The position numbers and the translations under genes are program-made. A stretch of 64,000 bases of DNA from a virus. Taxonomy: Duplodnaviria > Caudoviricetes. The stretch lies in the IMG/VR virus record IMGVR_UViG_3300021399_000143, positions 1 to 64,000 of that record; one strand, given 5' to 3'. Below, one piece after another: positions 31,124 to 41,067 of the stretch (its first letter is position 1; every line of letters begins with the position of its first letter). Below the pieces are notes generated by a model, which ran no database searches, was not told the origin of the DNA, and saw nothing but the letters and a program-made list of their open reading frames with translations.

Positions 31124-33514
31124 TCAATCTTCCTTGCGCTTGATTACAAGGTTCTGGCTCCACTCCTTGCCATCCAACCCAAGCGCATCAAGCATGGTTG
31201 GGAAATCATAGGCAAAGGCATCGTTGATGCTTGTCAGATTCTTGATTTCCATATCCTCCAACATCATCATGAGAGTGTCATCATCAATCAATTCGGATTC
31301 CAGAAGATCTCTGAAGTTCTCTTGACCCTGACCCCAAAGGAGTTCAAGCAATTTCCAGGGATCAGTAATCTCCTGCTCGATTGTCATCTCGCAAATTGGC
31401 TTCTTGTTCTCGCCAAAGTCAAGTATCTTGGTCTCACCATCCTGCTTGTACTTCTTCTCGCCATCCTTCACCTCATCAGGTGGAGTCTCGTCCTTCTCCT
31501 GAACCAACTCAACCTCGTCCTTGGCATATTCACCAGGATCCCTGTCGGCGAACGTCACAGTGTATGGAAGTCCCTTCTTTTCCTTGTCCACAGATGAAAT
31601 CTCACCAACCCATCCCTTTGAGGCAAGTCCTTTCCCAACAACCTTCACCTTGTCGCCAACCTTGAGCAAGTCATCGTCAGATTCAAGTGCCACTGGCTTC
31701 TCTGGATCAACGAAAGAACCATCCTTCTTGAACTGCTCGACATCGAGATCAAGGGCAGAAACAATCCACCAGAAATCCCGGATAGCGTCGTTCAACTCCA
31801 CCTTCGTTGGGGATTCCTCTCCAAACCGAGAGTCAATCGCGTCCATTATCTCCTCTTCAGTGCGAACGTGAGAGTTGATGAGGTTTGTGAGGTTCTTGTT
31901 CGCGTCAGGGTCGTCAAGGAGGTCAAGCACGTCCCAAACGTCGTTTGCGTCAACCATGACCGTGGCTTCCTTCATAGTAACCTGCTGACCAATCTCCTTC
32001 AAACCATCGTCAGACTCAAGCGCAAATGGAACAAACTTCAGGTCTTCAGCTCTAACAATGCCAACAACCTCCTGTCCAAACTTCGCAAAGTCATCCTTGG
32101 TCTGAATGTGCTTCCTCTCAAACGCCCAAGAATTGTCGCTCTTGTCGAAGAGGATATACTGATCATACCCATCCCTCTTTGCAGTTTTCTTGGCGTTTGC
32201 AATCACAATCTTCTGGCCGGCCTCTCCAAGAGTATCATCATCTTCGGATTCCATATATTCCTCTGAATCAGACTCACCAACTTCCATTCCAATCATATCA
32301 TCCATGGAAACCCAATCAGAGTCCCTTCTCTCGTTTGTTATGTTATCTTTCATAATGCTATTGTCATTCATGTCGTATTTTCCACAAACAACCTTGAACA
32401 TGGCTCCATCAGAGTCACCAAGCCTCGTTTGATCGTTGTACACATCCACCTTGCCATCGAAGTCATCTCCATTCCACATCTGAACAGTGATGTCTTCATC
32501 CACTGGAACCACATCGAAGTCCCATCCTGACTTTGAAACCACTTCACCAACCACTTCCTTGGCCACATCAACAATGTCGGCGACAGAAGTCGCTGGCTCA
32601 TTCCCCAATTGCCCCGTATTCTTCACGAACACATCGAATTCCACTATGTCCATGTCCTTCACGGCGCGCCAATCGTACACCTCCATTTCATCGGTATTGG
32701 TACTCCCAACCAACTTGACAAGTTCCTCTTTCGTCAACGCTTTCGCTTTCATGCTTGTATCCTCCTCATTTCCACTTTCGCAATATGGATTCACGAAGTT
32801 CACAATGTCCTTCACCTTGTTGGCAATCTCCCCAATATGCTGAACAGCAAACTCAAAGTCCTTGTTCATCTCGTCCTCGTCTGCCTTGTCAGCTTCCTCG
32901 TAGTCTTCGTTGCATTTCCTGACCTTATCCATATAGTATTCATTTACCCACACAGACTTTCCACCTTCCGGGGGAAACAGCTCAAATTCGTCCAAATTGA
33001 CGCTTCCAACACGCCAGTCCCTATGACGCTCACCCGTGTCAGGATCATCCCAATCAACAATGTCCCCCCTTCCAAACCTAATGGAATTGTTTGGATTCCG
33101 GCTTTCAGAAACAACATCTCCCTCTTCAGATGAATCATCCCCACTCTTCATTATCTCAGCCATCAAATCGTCAATCTTTCCATTGTATTCAGATAATCTG
33201 TCCTTTGGCATCTTTCCATCAGTCAACTTGCCAAGCACCTCAAAGAACGCCCTCCACCAATTATAGAGCTTTTTCTTGACATCTTGGTTCTCGTCCTTGG
33301 ATGCGCAAAGAACCTGATTGAATGTTTCATCCGGAGGAACACCAATCGTCTGCCCCAACGAGTTCAGGGCATCCATCAACTTGAACTGAAAGCCCCTCGG
33401 CGTGTCCCGCAATGCGTCAAACATCTATGCAAACTCAAGAGAATTGTCCAATGTCTTGAGTTGAAGTATGCTCTTTATCGAGCCATCTATGGTTTCGGTG
33501 AATTTCGTCTTCAT
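31124..33514 (-). CDS. Acidic multi-module late protein (possible internal head protein), 796 aa with TAG=Gln
   Basis: TAG at 33425 (codon 30) extends the ORF to ATG 33514, 7 nt below TGTAAATA (33521-33528). Confidence 0.7.
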
Positions 33515-33535
33515 GATAACTATTTACAATTTCCT

Positions 33536-33973
33536 TCAAAAAAGCGAGCCTATGTATTCAAGCAAGTTTGGACCGATGTTGGTTCTGCTTTGAATATTGT
33601 CCAGTTCATGAACCTTGATTTGGAGTTCAAAGAAATTGTCCGAACGATCGACAACACTGAACCTTGTGATGTACCATGCAAGACTGTCGTCAAACAATTG
33701 TCCCACAATATCATCCTTGTTGTAGAACTTTGAACTGTCCCACCAAGCTTCGCCATACCGTATCTCCACAACCAAAAGACGACTTTCGCCAATATTGGTC
33801 AATGTGTCCTTCATGCACTCAATAACCGTAGATTCGCATTGGTATGTGGAGAATATTCTGTTGTTCCTGATGGACTTGACAAGACCAGGAAAGGAATAAT
33901 TGTCCTTCTGAAACTCAATTCCGGGGAATCGTTCTCTATTGGCTTGCGTCTTATTCATGCAGAAACTTCCCAT
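33536..33973 (-). CDS. Paralogue array B, member 5
   Basis: LFDDSL...TNIGPNLLEYI shared motif. Confidence 0.65.
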   Translation of the reverse strand: MGSFCMNKTQANRERFPGIEFQKDNYSFPGLVKSIRNNRIFSTYQCESTVIECMKDTLTNIGESRLLVVEIRYGEAWWDSSKFYNKDDIVGQLFDDSLAWYITRFSVVDRSDNFFELQIKVHELDNIQSRTNIGPNLLEYIGSLF

Positions 33974-34304
33974 ATTTTGATATGCAATCCACCAATTCGG
34001 GACTTATGGTCGTATTCCCATCTTTGGACTCTATGATATAGAACCTGTACCCAAGGAGGTATTTGCCAGTTCTTCTGGATTCAGAGATTTCCCTATACGC
34101 ACGATCTATTGTCTTGTGCATTGATATGTCAAACAAATATACGACAAGTCTCTCGGTATCCTTTGGCAAGATAAAGGTCGTAGGCACTGTTTTGCTTGGA
34201 TAAACGAACGAAAATGTCAGAACAGACGAATGTGGTCTATCAAGTTTCATATCACGTTCAAGTTCAATCTCCACATCATCGCACATCAATTTCTCAATTC
34301 CCAT
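33951..34304 (-). CDS. Paralogue array B, member 4
   Basis: YLFDISMHKTI...ESKDGNTTISPELV. Confidence 0.75.
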   Translation of the reverse strand: MGIEKLMCDDVEIELERDMKLDRPHSSVLTFSFVYPSKTVPTTFILPKDTERLVVYLFDISMHKTIDRAYREISESRRTGKYLLGYRFYIIESKDGNTTISPELVDCISKYGKFLHE

Positions 34305-34307
34305 ATG

Positions 34308-34640
34308 TCACCAACCCACTTTCAATGTACAACACTTGGACATGAAATCCACAAACTCTGGTGTGATGTTCGTGCTTCCATCCTTGGAATCCACCAAGTA
34401 GAAGTTGTATCCATACAATTCCCCATTGTTGGACGTTCTGTACTTGAATGCGTGGTCTATCGTCTTGGACATGGATGCATCGAACAAATATGCCACCAAA
34501 TCTTCTGCGTCAGATGGCAAGATGAACTTCTTGTTTGGTATCCTGTATCCACCAACCTCCACGACCAAATCTGTGGGAATTGGCTTGTCCGAGGCGACGA
34601 AAATCTCGCCAATCTTGTCTATGTTCAAAATCCCAATCAT
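34308..34640 (-). CDS. Paralogue array B, member 3
   Basis: YLFDASMSKTI...DSKDGSTNITPEFV. Confidence 0.75.
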   Translation of the reverse strand: MIGILNIDKIGEIFVASDKPIPTDLVVEVGGYRIPNKKFILPSDAEDLVAYLFDASMSKTIDHAFKYRTSNNGELYGYNFYLVDSKDGSTNITPEFVDFMSKCCTLKVGW

Positions 34641-35119
34641 GTCTCTTCTCCATTCATGTAATTCTCCAACGTTTCCCACGGGTCTTCCGGTAGAATGCAT
34701 AACATTGGATTTCCATCAGAGAAACTTCTCAACTCATATTCAATTCTGTTCCTACCATCAGGAAATGCCAATCTATCAAGTCCATAACGGGTGAATGCCA
34801 CCGAAATGAACTTCATCAACCTTGGTGTGATGTTCGTAGTGCCATCTTCAGATTCTCCAACTGAAATGGTATATGTCATTATGGCATAGGGACAACCATT
34901 GTATGCCTTGATTCTGGTGGTACCTCCCTTGCTAATCCCAACAATGTTCTTCGTCATTGAAAAATCGAACAATGCTGTCATCATTTCGTCGAAATGGGAT
35001 TCAGAATAGCATTCCTTCTTGAGCTTGTCTGAATCATAGATGTCCAATGTGAGGAAGTCAGCAGTATTCCCTGCAACAATGTCCTTCTTGATGTAATCTA
35101 TGATTTCTTGGTCAGTCAT
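34637..35119 (-). CDS. Paralogue array B, member 2
   Basis: ALFDFSMTKNI...ESEDGTTNITPRLM. Confidence 0.75.
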   Translation of the reverse strand: MTDQEIIDYIKKDIVAGNTADFLTLDIYDSDKLKKECYSESHFDEMMTALFDFSMTKNIVGISKGGTTRIKAYNGCPYAIMTYTISVGESEDGTTNITPRLMKFISVAFTRYGLDRLAFPDGRNRIEYELRSFSDGNPMLCILPEDPWETLENYMNGEET

Positions 35120-35525
35120 CTTGGCAAATCTTCCTTGAAAATCTCTCAACCATGTCTGCGTCAATGTTGCTTTCCTGTCCTGGTTCAAGTCTCTTCAACC
35201 ACACAACATATTCCAAGGTGAAAGCCTTTTGACAAGCGGTTGCCTTGTACAAACTGAACAAGATTGACATGTCCATAAGTTCGCCCATCAAGCCACCAAC
35301 ATCGTCTGAATTGACATACTTTCCTGGAATGGCGTCCGACAAGATGGAAACCATTGTTGTATGCTTTCGCCCAATTGACACAATCTTGTATGTACCTGGC
35401 TCCCCAACCACCCTAAACTCGACGAGCAGAATGTCTGGATTCTTCTCCCAAGGAAGTTTGTTCCGAAGAAGAAAATCCCCAATGGACAATGTGTATATAG
35501 AATGGTCTGGATAACTCATGCTCAT
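35112..35525 (-). CDS. Paralogue array B, member 1
   Basis: ELMDMSI...ESNIDADMV (weaker match). Confidence 0.6.
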   Translation of the reverse strand: MSMSYPDHSIYTLSIGDFLLRNKLPWEKNPDILLVEFRVVGEPGTYKIVSIGRKHTTMVSILSDAIPGKYVNSDDVGGLMGELMDMSILFSLYKATACQKAFTLEYVVWLKRLEPGQESNIDADMVERFSRKICQDD

Positions 35526-36166
35526 GGCGCGTAAAGAATCGTTGGATTGTCAGGAAGCACCGCAACCTCGCCATCGTCAGTAAGTTCGTCCTGCTTGAAC
35601 TTGTTGAAAGCCTGCAGGTTGAAGGGCTTGGTGATGAGGTGGGTTCCTGATCGGGTTGGTATCACCGCTACTATCTTCTTGTTCTTCTTGTCGTCATAGG
35701 GTTCGCAGTGGTTTCGGATGATGCTCATGACCACCTTGACCTTGTTGCTGTCGGGCACAAAGTCGTCAATATCCACAAGCCAAGTCTTGTCCTCCTTGTG
35801 ACCTTCAGGGAACCGACCTATGACCGAGTTGATCTCGTTGTAGGTGTTCCCAAACTGCTCGCCCTTCCTCGCCTTTTCCAAGGTCTCCTGCGCATATGCC
35901 ATCGCAATCGTCTTGTAATTGCGCTTGTTGAGGCGAAGATATGCACGGGCATTCGTCTCGTTGCAACGTTGGATGACATCTTCCTTGATTTCGTCAAGCA
36001 TCTCAGGGGACGTGATGTGATAATCCCTCACGAGACGACGCTGATTGTCAGAGCCAGCAGGAACCTTGTTGCCATCCTTCTTCCTGAGCAACAGTTGCAG
36101 GAAGTAGAAATCCTGATGGTCGTTGAACTTGAGCAGGGGCTTGATTATGTCGAAATTGTCTACCAT
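35522..36166 (-). CDS. Conserved phage protein, possible AEP/prim-pol-like fold
   Basis: FYFLQ..RKKD, ARAY.RLN, WLVDID and TRSGTH motifs. Confidence 0.5.
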   Translation of the reverse strand: MVDNFDIIKPLLKFNDHQDFYFLQLLLRKKDGNKVPAGSDNQRRLVRDYHITSPEMLDEIKEDVIQRCNETNARAYLRLNKRNYKTIAMAYAQETLEKARKGEQFGNTYNEINSVIGRFPEGHKEDKTWLVDIDDFVPDSNKVKVVMSIIRNHCEPYDDKKNKKIVAVIPTRSGTHLITKPFNLQAFNKFKQDELTDDGEVAVLPDNPTILYAP

Positions 36167-36180
36167 GTTTGGTTGTCTCC

Positions 36181-36390
36181 TTAACGATGATGAACATGAT
36201 TGATGTTTGCGGGATGCCAGTTATGTACGGGGTTTGCCATAAACGGCAAGACTCCGGACTTGACCCTCTGTGTATCGTTTGTTTGATACTTGACGCGGTC
36301 CTTCTCAGCAAATTTCCCACAAAGGGCGCAAATACCAAGGACTATCGCTGAAACGATTATTCCTGCAAGCCATGTTCCAATTGTCTTCAT
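36181..36390 (-). CDS. Small protein with N-terminal hydrophobic/signal segment
   Basis: 69 aa; AGIIVSAIVLGICALC. Confidence 0.55.
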   Translation of the reverse strand: MKTIGTWLAGIIVSAIVLGICALCGKFAEKDRVKYQTNDTQRVKSGVLPFMANPVHNWHPANINHVHHR

Positions 36391-36403
36391 CTTGTTTCTC
36401 CTT

Positions 36404-36652
36404 TTACTGGATTACGGCGCAGCACATGCGGTCAACGGAAACCTTCTTGGGGTTCTTCGCCATTTCTGCTGCCACATCAACTGGCTTGTTGTAGTTGTCA
36501 AGTGTCTTGAGGTAAGACTCCACGAGGACAAGTCCGCTCTTGCCGAAACCATATACCTGCCCCTTTGCTATTTCAAGGGCTGTGCATTTGCTCTTGGATG
36601 CGTAGTACACCCAATCGCCAACATGAATCTCGTTTCCAAACTTGTCAACCAT
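36404..36652 (-). CDS. Hypothetical protein (SH3-like)
   Basis: DKFGNEIHVGDWVYY; promoter TTGACA-18-TATAAT at 36678-36707. Confidence 0.7.
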   Translation of the reverse strand: MVDKFGNEIHVGDWVYYASKSKCTALEIAKGQVYGFGKSGLVLVESYLKTLDNYNKPVDVAAEMAKNPKKVSVDRMCCAVIQ

Positions 36653-36712
36653 TTCTTGTTTCTCCTTTACGCCACATATTATATCACACATGTGGGTCAG
36701 ATGTCAATGACC

Positions 36713-36910
36713 CTATTCGTCAATTCCATCAATTGATTCTTGAAAGGTCTCAATAAACACAAAGTTCTCTTCCACATAGTCCGGTGGATACTTATATGAC
36801 AAGCCAAATCCATCCCAAAAAAGCTCATACCATTCAGAAGTGACTCGCAACACAGAATATGTGCGCGTTTCACCAATCTTCACTATTGTGTCTCCAACAT
36901 TGAATTCCAT
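36713..36910 (-). CDS. Hypothetical protein
   Basis: MEFNVGDTIV; 65 aa. Confidence 0.6.
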   Translation of the reverse strand: MEFNVGDTIVKIGETRTYSVLRVTSEWYELFWDGFGLSYKYPPDYVEENFVFIETFQESIDGIDE

Positions 36911-37141
36911 ATCTCATCCTATGTCGCCATCTTTCCAAACAACAAGATATCGTCAGCAGAACCTGGGGCGTACTCCCCAACCTTCACCATGTTCTTGTCT
37001 GTAGGCTCTATGCGAAGAATTGAATCCCCACCGGCAACCCAAGTGACAAAATACCACTTCTCGTCACATCCCTTGACCACTCCCATGCAACTTCCATTGT
37101 TGGGGGTGATTATGTCATATGGCTTGAACTTCCTTCCAACG

Positions 37142-37846
37142 TCAGAATCCCTCGTCTTTCCTCGTAAGCCTGATGTCGGTTTTCACGTTCTTGATTTGGG
37201 ACAGAAGTTCCTTGTCGCAAGTGTGGATTGTGACGATTGCCTCCTTGAGGCAATCTCGGCAAACCTTGGCGTTCTCCCAATCCTCATCAACTTTCTTCTT
37301 GAGGTTGAAGTATCCCTGCGGCATTGTTGGTAGATTCCCAAAATACAACTCAAATGCTGGGGTCTTGACGTACTTCTCATACCCCTCCTTTGGATATTGA
37401 CCATCCTCCCAAAAGTTGAAGAAGTTGTAATGCCACTTCTCCATATCCGAATTGGTTTCAGTTTGGGCGTATCTTGGGTGACGTTCGTGCGCAATCCAAA
37501 GAACGCGCTGGTCCGACACTCGAAGGAGAAACTTGATGCCACCAGGGATCCAAAGGTGGATGAAGTCAGAGTTCCTGCTATATCCGAGAACAGGATTGTT
37601 GATGTTCATTAGCGCATTATGGCATTTGTTGGATTGAACCCACTTCCACTCTGAATTGTAGAACACATCTATGTTGTCCTCAATGAACTTGGACATTTCA
37701 AGGAAGAGCTTGATTGTCTCCTCGCGTCTTGCAACGCAATAGTCTGCAATGTCAGAGAAGTTGGTACGTTCAACCTCCTTCCTCACCTTCCTGAGATCCT
37801 TGATCCAGGAATCGACATTCTTTTGCTCTTCCTTGTCGAACACCAT
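37142..37846 (-). CDS. Hypothetical protein
   Basis: ORF with GGAGG RBS before MVFDK. Confidence 0.75.
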   Translation of the reverse strand: MVFDKEEQKNVDSWIKDLRKVRKEVERTNFSDIADYCVARREETIKLFLEMSKFIEDNIDVFYNSEWKWVQSNKCHNALMNINNPVLGYSRNSDFIHLWIPGGIKFLLRVSDQRVLWIAHERHPRYAQTETNSDMEKWHYNFFNFWEDGQYPKEGYEKYVKTPAFELYFGNLPTMPQGYFNLKKKVDEDWENAKVCRDCLKEAIVTIHTCDKELLSQIKNVKTDIRLTRKDEGF

Positions 37847-37848
37847 GT

Positions 37849-38124
37849 TCAATCCTCCTCGCCAAAGATGAGGTCTCCCTGATAGACCCCAAGACTGTCG
37901 CAATACTCGTCCACGGTCATACCCTCCTTCTTGGCGCAGAACTCCATGAAGTCCTTGCTTGCGGAAGTGTAGAGGAACCGATATGCATCGTCAAGGTAAT
38001 CTTCCTCAGAAGAAGTGCCATAACGATATTCCCCCGAACGTCCCTTCCAGAACTCCTGCCAATACTTGAAGGCTGCGACCCTCTGACGCACCTCCGGAAA
38101 CACCTCGTCATACTGAATCATCAT
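37849..38124 (-). CDS. Hypothetical protein
   Basis: MMIQYDEV; ATGA overlap with upstream stop. Confidence 0.7.
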   Translation of the reverse strand: MMIQYDEVFPEVRQRVAAFKYWQEFWKGRSGEYRYGTSSEEDYLDDAYRFLYTSASKDFMEFCAKKEGMTVDEYCDSLGVYQGDLIFGEED

Positions 38125-38627
38125 CCCACCTTCTTCCCTGTCTTGAGACTGACGTAGTCGTACTTGCCCTCCTTGGCGTTCCACTTCATCTTGTTGCCAC
38201 ACTCCTTGGCACAAACCTTCCAGTTCTTGAGGTTGCGCTTGCGAATAATCCCAGTGAGGTCGAGACTGTAGTTCCAATTGACAGAATACCAACCAAACCC
38301 TTCAGGACGCTTGGCGAAGATAATCGGATCCTTCTCGCTCTCTTTGTCTCCAAGGATATGGCCGACAATGAACTCCTCGCAATTCCAATCCCAGAACTGA
38401 CGGGTGGTCGTCAAGTCGTAAAGACCCTTCGGGCCGCAGTAATACACGCAACCATCGAACACCTGCTTGAAGTCCTTCCTGAGAGCCTTCCTCCAAAGGT
38501 TCTGAGCCTTCTTGGACAAGTCTCCACGGGGAATGATGTCATCCACAATGACAACTGCAAGACGCGAAGGTCTGACCTTCCCATCGTGGTATGCATCCAA
38601 CCTCTGACCAATCTCAATGTTCAACAT
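38121..38627 (-). CDS. Hypothetical protein
   Basis: AAAGGAG RBS before MLNIEIG. Confidence 0.75.
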   Translation of the reverse strand: MLNIEIGQRLDAYHDGKVRPSRLAVVIVDDIIPRGDLSKKAQNLWRKALRKDFKQVFDGCVYYCGPKGLYDLTTTRQFWDWNCEEFIVGHILGDKESEKDPIIFAKRPEGFGWYSVNWNYSLDLTGIIRKRNLKNWKVCAKECGNKMKWNAKEGKYDYVSLKTGKKVG

Positions 38628-38645
38628 TTTCGTTTCTCCTTTCAA

Positions 38646-38849
38646 TCACATTGAAACCATACCAGTCTCGTAATCCCCCCAAGGCCCGAAAGGGGGACGA
38701 ATGAGCTTGTAGCCCTTGCCACACTGATACACGAAGTCTGACGCGAACTTGTCGCCTTCCCACCCTCCAGTTCCAGACTTGGTGTGCTTGACAATCAGCC
38801 TCTGAGCCGACTTCTTGTCAATGGTCCGAAGCCTCTTTGGTATTGCCAT
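38646..38849 (-). CDS. Hypothetical protein
   Basis: 67 aa ORF in packed operon. Confidence 0.6.
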   Translation of the reverse strand: MAIPKRLRTIDKKSAQRLIVKHTKSGTGGWEGDKFASDFVYQCGKGYKLIRPPFGPWGDYETGMVSM

Positions 38850-38867
38850 GTCGTATGCCCCCTTTGT

Positions 38868-39059
38868 TCAGAACTGACCTTGAACCAGCTCAATGCCAGG
38901 GGACATGAGCGTGTTGTTCTTGTTGGGCATGACAACCTTCATGTCCACAACAGTGTCAAACCAACCCGACTCGTGGTCTACGAGAAGCACCTTGAAGTCC
39001 TGGTTGCCATTCTCGACAATCATCTTCCGAAGCCTCCTAATCAACTCTTTCGCGTTCAT
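38868..39059 (-). CDS. Hypothetical protein
   Basis: 63 aa ORF in packed operon. Confidence 0.6.
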   Translation of the reverse strand: MNAKELIRRLRKMIVENGNQDFKVLLVDHESGWFDTVVDMKVVMPNKNNTLMSPGIELVQGQF

Positions 39060-39098
39060 CTTTCTCTACTCCTTGTTCGTTTCAACACCAACAGTATA

Positions 39099-39722
39099 TC
39101 ACATTGCCGGTTGTATGTCAATGCCCCTTTTGACGCATTTGATTGACATTATGTTGGCGTCCGGAAAGGTCTTGGCAAAGGTTGCAGACACCTCGGATGT
39201 GGTCTTCCCATTGATACCAACCTCGTATAGTCCATTGCCCCTCCTGAATGTGACGCAATAGGCGTTTGGCTTCTTATCGGCATAGTTATGCGCAGTGACA
39301 TAAACTCCAATGTCGGAGTTCTGAATGGCACTGAGGGTGAAGTCGTTGAGATATATCCTATCGTCAGAATTATCCCCAACATAGCCCTTTGTAAGCATCG
39401 TCCCAATCTTCTTGCAAATGCCATCAACAGTGGTGCAATGCTCCAATGCCGCTACAACTGCCTTGGCTTGCAACTTTGGAATGTAGTATTCTGGAGACCA
39501 ATTCTTGCCCGAAAAGTTCCTTGTGGAAACAACAGCAAACGTGCATTTCTCGTTCTCGTGGATGACCACACCCGGCAGACGAACGTTCTGAACGTCCTTC
39601 ATCAAATCATACTTGAGGTCATTGACCATATCTCGGAATTGACGTTCAAGATGAACAAGCTCATCCATCTTCTTGGAAAGTTCCGAGGACTTGGATTCCA
39701 ATTTTGTGAGATTTTCCCTCAT
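39099..39722 (-). CDS. Hypothetical protein
   Basis: 207 aa ORF with AAGGAGG RBS. Confidence 0.75.
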   Translation of the reverse strand: MRENLTKLESKSSELSKKMDELVHLERQFRDMVNDLKYDLMKDVQNVRLPGVVIHENEKCTFAVVSTRNFSGKNWSPEYYIPKLQAKAVVAALEHCTTVDGICKKIGTMLTKGYVGDNSDDRIYLNDFTLSAIQNSDIGVYVTAHNYADKKPNAYCVTFRRGNGLYEVGINGKTTSEVSATFAKTFPDANIMSIKCVKRGIDIQPAM

Positions 39723-39741
39723 AGTTTCCTCCTTGTCATAT

Positions 39742-39960
39742 TCACTTGATGGTTATTTCAAGAGAACCATAGTCCGTGAGTTCCTGAAACTCCATGTGAT
39801 ATGCAGAAGTTTCATAATCTCCACCGTAGTCTCCATGTTCCACATAGTAGATGTCAAGCATGCGATCCTTCGGGAACTTCTTGAGAAACTCAATCATTTC
39901 CCCAACGGTGCCAGGAATTGGCATTTTTTGCTTCTTGTCGTCCATAAATACCTCCTTCAT
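39742..39960 (-). CDS. Hypothetical protein
   Basis: TVGEMIEFLKKFPKD phage-type motif. Confidence 0.65.
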   Translation of the reverse strand: MKEVFMDDKKQKMPIPGTVGEMIEFLKKFPKDRMLDIYYVEHGDYGGDYETSAYHMEFQELTDYGSLEITIK

Positions 39961-40348
39961 TTCTTGGGCTTGTACTCCATCGTGGACGCATGAACGTCAT
40001 CAAATCCACGGTCAATTGCCTCAGCTTTCGCAATCTTCATCACATCCTTCACATCCTCTGATCAATGGGTGCTGCGCCATGAAGATAGTTGAGCAGAAAA
40101 TATCGAATGACCTTCCCCGACCTATCATATGCCGCATGGACATACATTGGATACCGACCGTAAGACGTTATCTTGATGATTTTCTTCATAGGAATTACCT
40201 CCAGTTCTTGGAGTTGTTGAGAAACTTGCGAGACTTCTGCTTGCGCTTCTTGTCCACAATCACACAGGTTGCGGTCGGAAAGTTTGGCACGAAACGATGC
40301 TTTCTGATGTCCATTGATATGCTCCTTGGTGTATGAGTCTTGTTTCTC

Positions 40349-40435
40349 ACAACACCTATAGTATATCATAAACAGACTTCAGATGTCAATAGCCCTTTGG
40401 CTATTCATGCCAGAAATCTGACCCTCAATACCTCT
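40349..40435 (-). promoter_or_regulatory. Early promoter cassette copy 2
   Basis: Imperfect repeat of 14192-14270 containing TTGACA. Confidence 0.65.
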
Positions 40436-40442
40436 TTAGACA

Positions 40443-40474
40443 GAAAGTTCAACCACGAAAATGGTTGAACCTTT
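40443..40474. terminator. Intrinsic terminator hairpin
   Basis: GTTCAACCA-CGAAAA-TGGTTGAAC flanked by AAA/TTT. Confidence 0.6.
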
Positions 40475-40506
40475 CAACATTCAATTGCTTTTTGCAATTA
40501 TGCGTT

Positions 40507-41067
40507 TCACTGGGCATTTGCCCAAGAGATTGTGAAGTTGTAGTTCATGGTTCCAACTTCCTTGCCATAGGCAGGTGAAGTCGTACCCTTGTCAACAACC
40601 TCGAACCCACGCGCACGGTACCAGTCTTGGATATGTGCCACATTGACCCAATCCTGAGGAGTGACCCGGAACTGAACGTTCGTGGAGAAGCCGCCAACGC
40701 AAGTCTCGTCATAGATCTTCTTGTTGATTGCCCTCACGTACTCCAGAATGGATTTGTCCTCGTTCTTTGTCGACTGATAGTGGCACTTCTTCGCGTCGAT
40801 GTTGAAGTTGAAGCAATCCTCTCCAAACTTCTTCTGGTCGGCAGCGATAGGCGTGTTCTTCGTGGGAGCCTTGTCCTTTTCAGGATCTGGCTTTCCAGTG
40901 CAATAGTCAGTAGGCGTAGGAAGTGGCTCGTTTCCCTTCTGCATTGAAGGTACTGGAGAACCATCCATCCTCGTAACTGCTCCCGAGAGAGCGGCATCAA
41001 TCGCCGCCTGGTCGAATTCCTGCACTGGGTTGCTTGGCTTTGGTGCGTTATTTGCTCGTCTTGCCAT
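40507..41067 (-). CDS. Hypothetical protein
   Basis: 186 aa ORF with AAAGGA RBS. Confidence 0.75.
   Translation of the reverse strand: MARRANNAPKPSNPVQEFDQAAIDAALSGAVTRMDGSPVPSMQKGNEPLPTPTDYCTGKPDPEKDKAPTKNTPIAADQKKFGEDCFNFNIDAKKCHYQSTKNEDKSILEYVRAINKKIYDETCVGGFSTNVQFRVTPQDWVNVAHIQDWYRARGFEVVDKGTTSPAYGKEVGTMNYNFTISWANAQ

Noticed and set aside
40049-40369. 106-aa ORF or possible frameshifted gene (a plausible frame continues SEDVKDVMK... to about 39960)
   Set aside because: Cannot decide between small genes, a frameshift and an assembly error from the sequence alone
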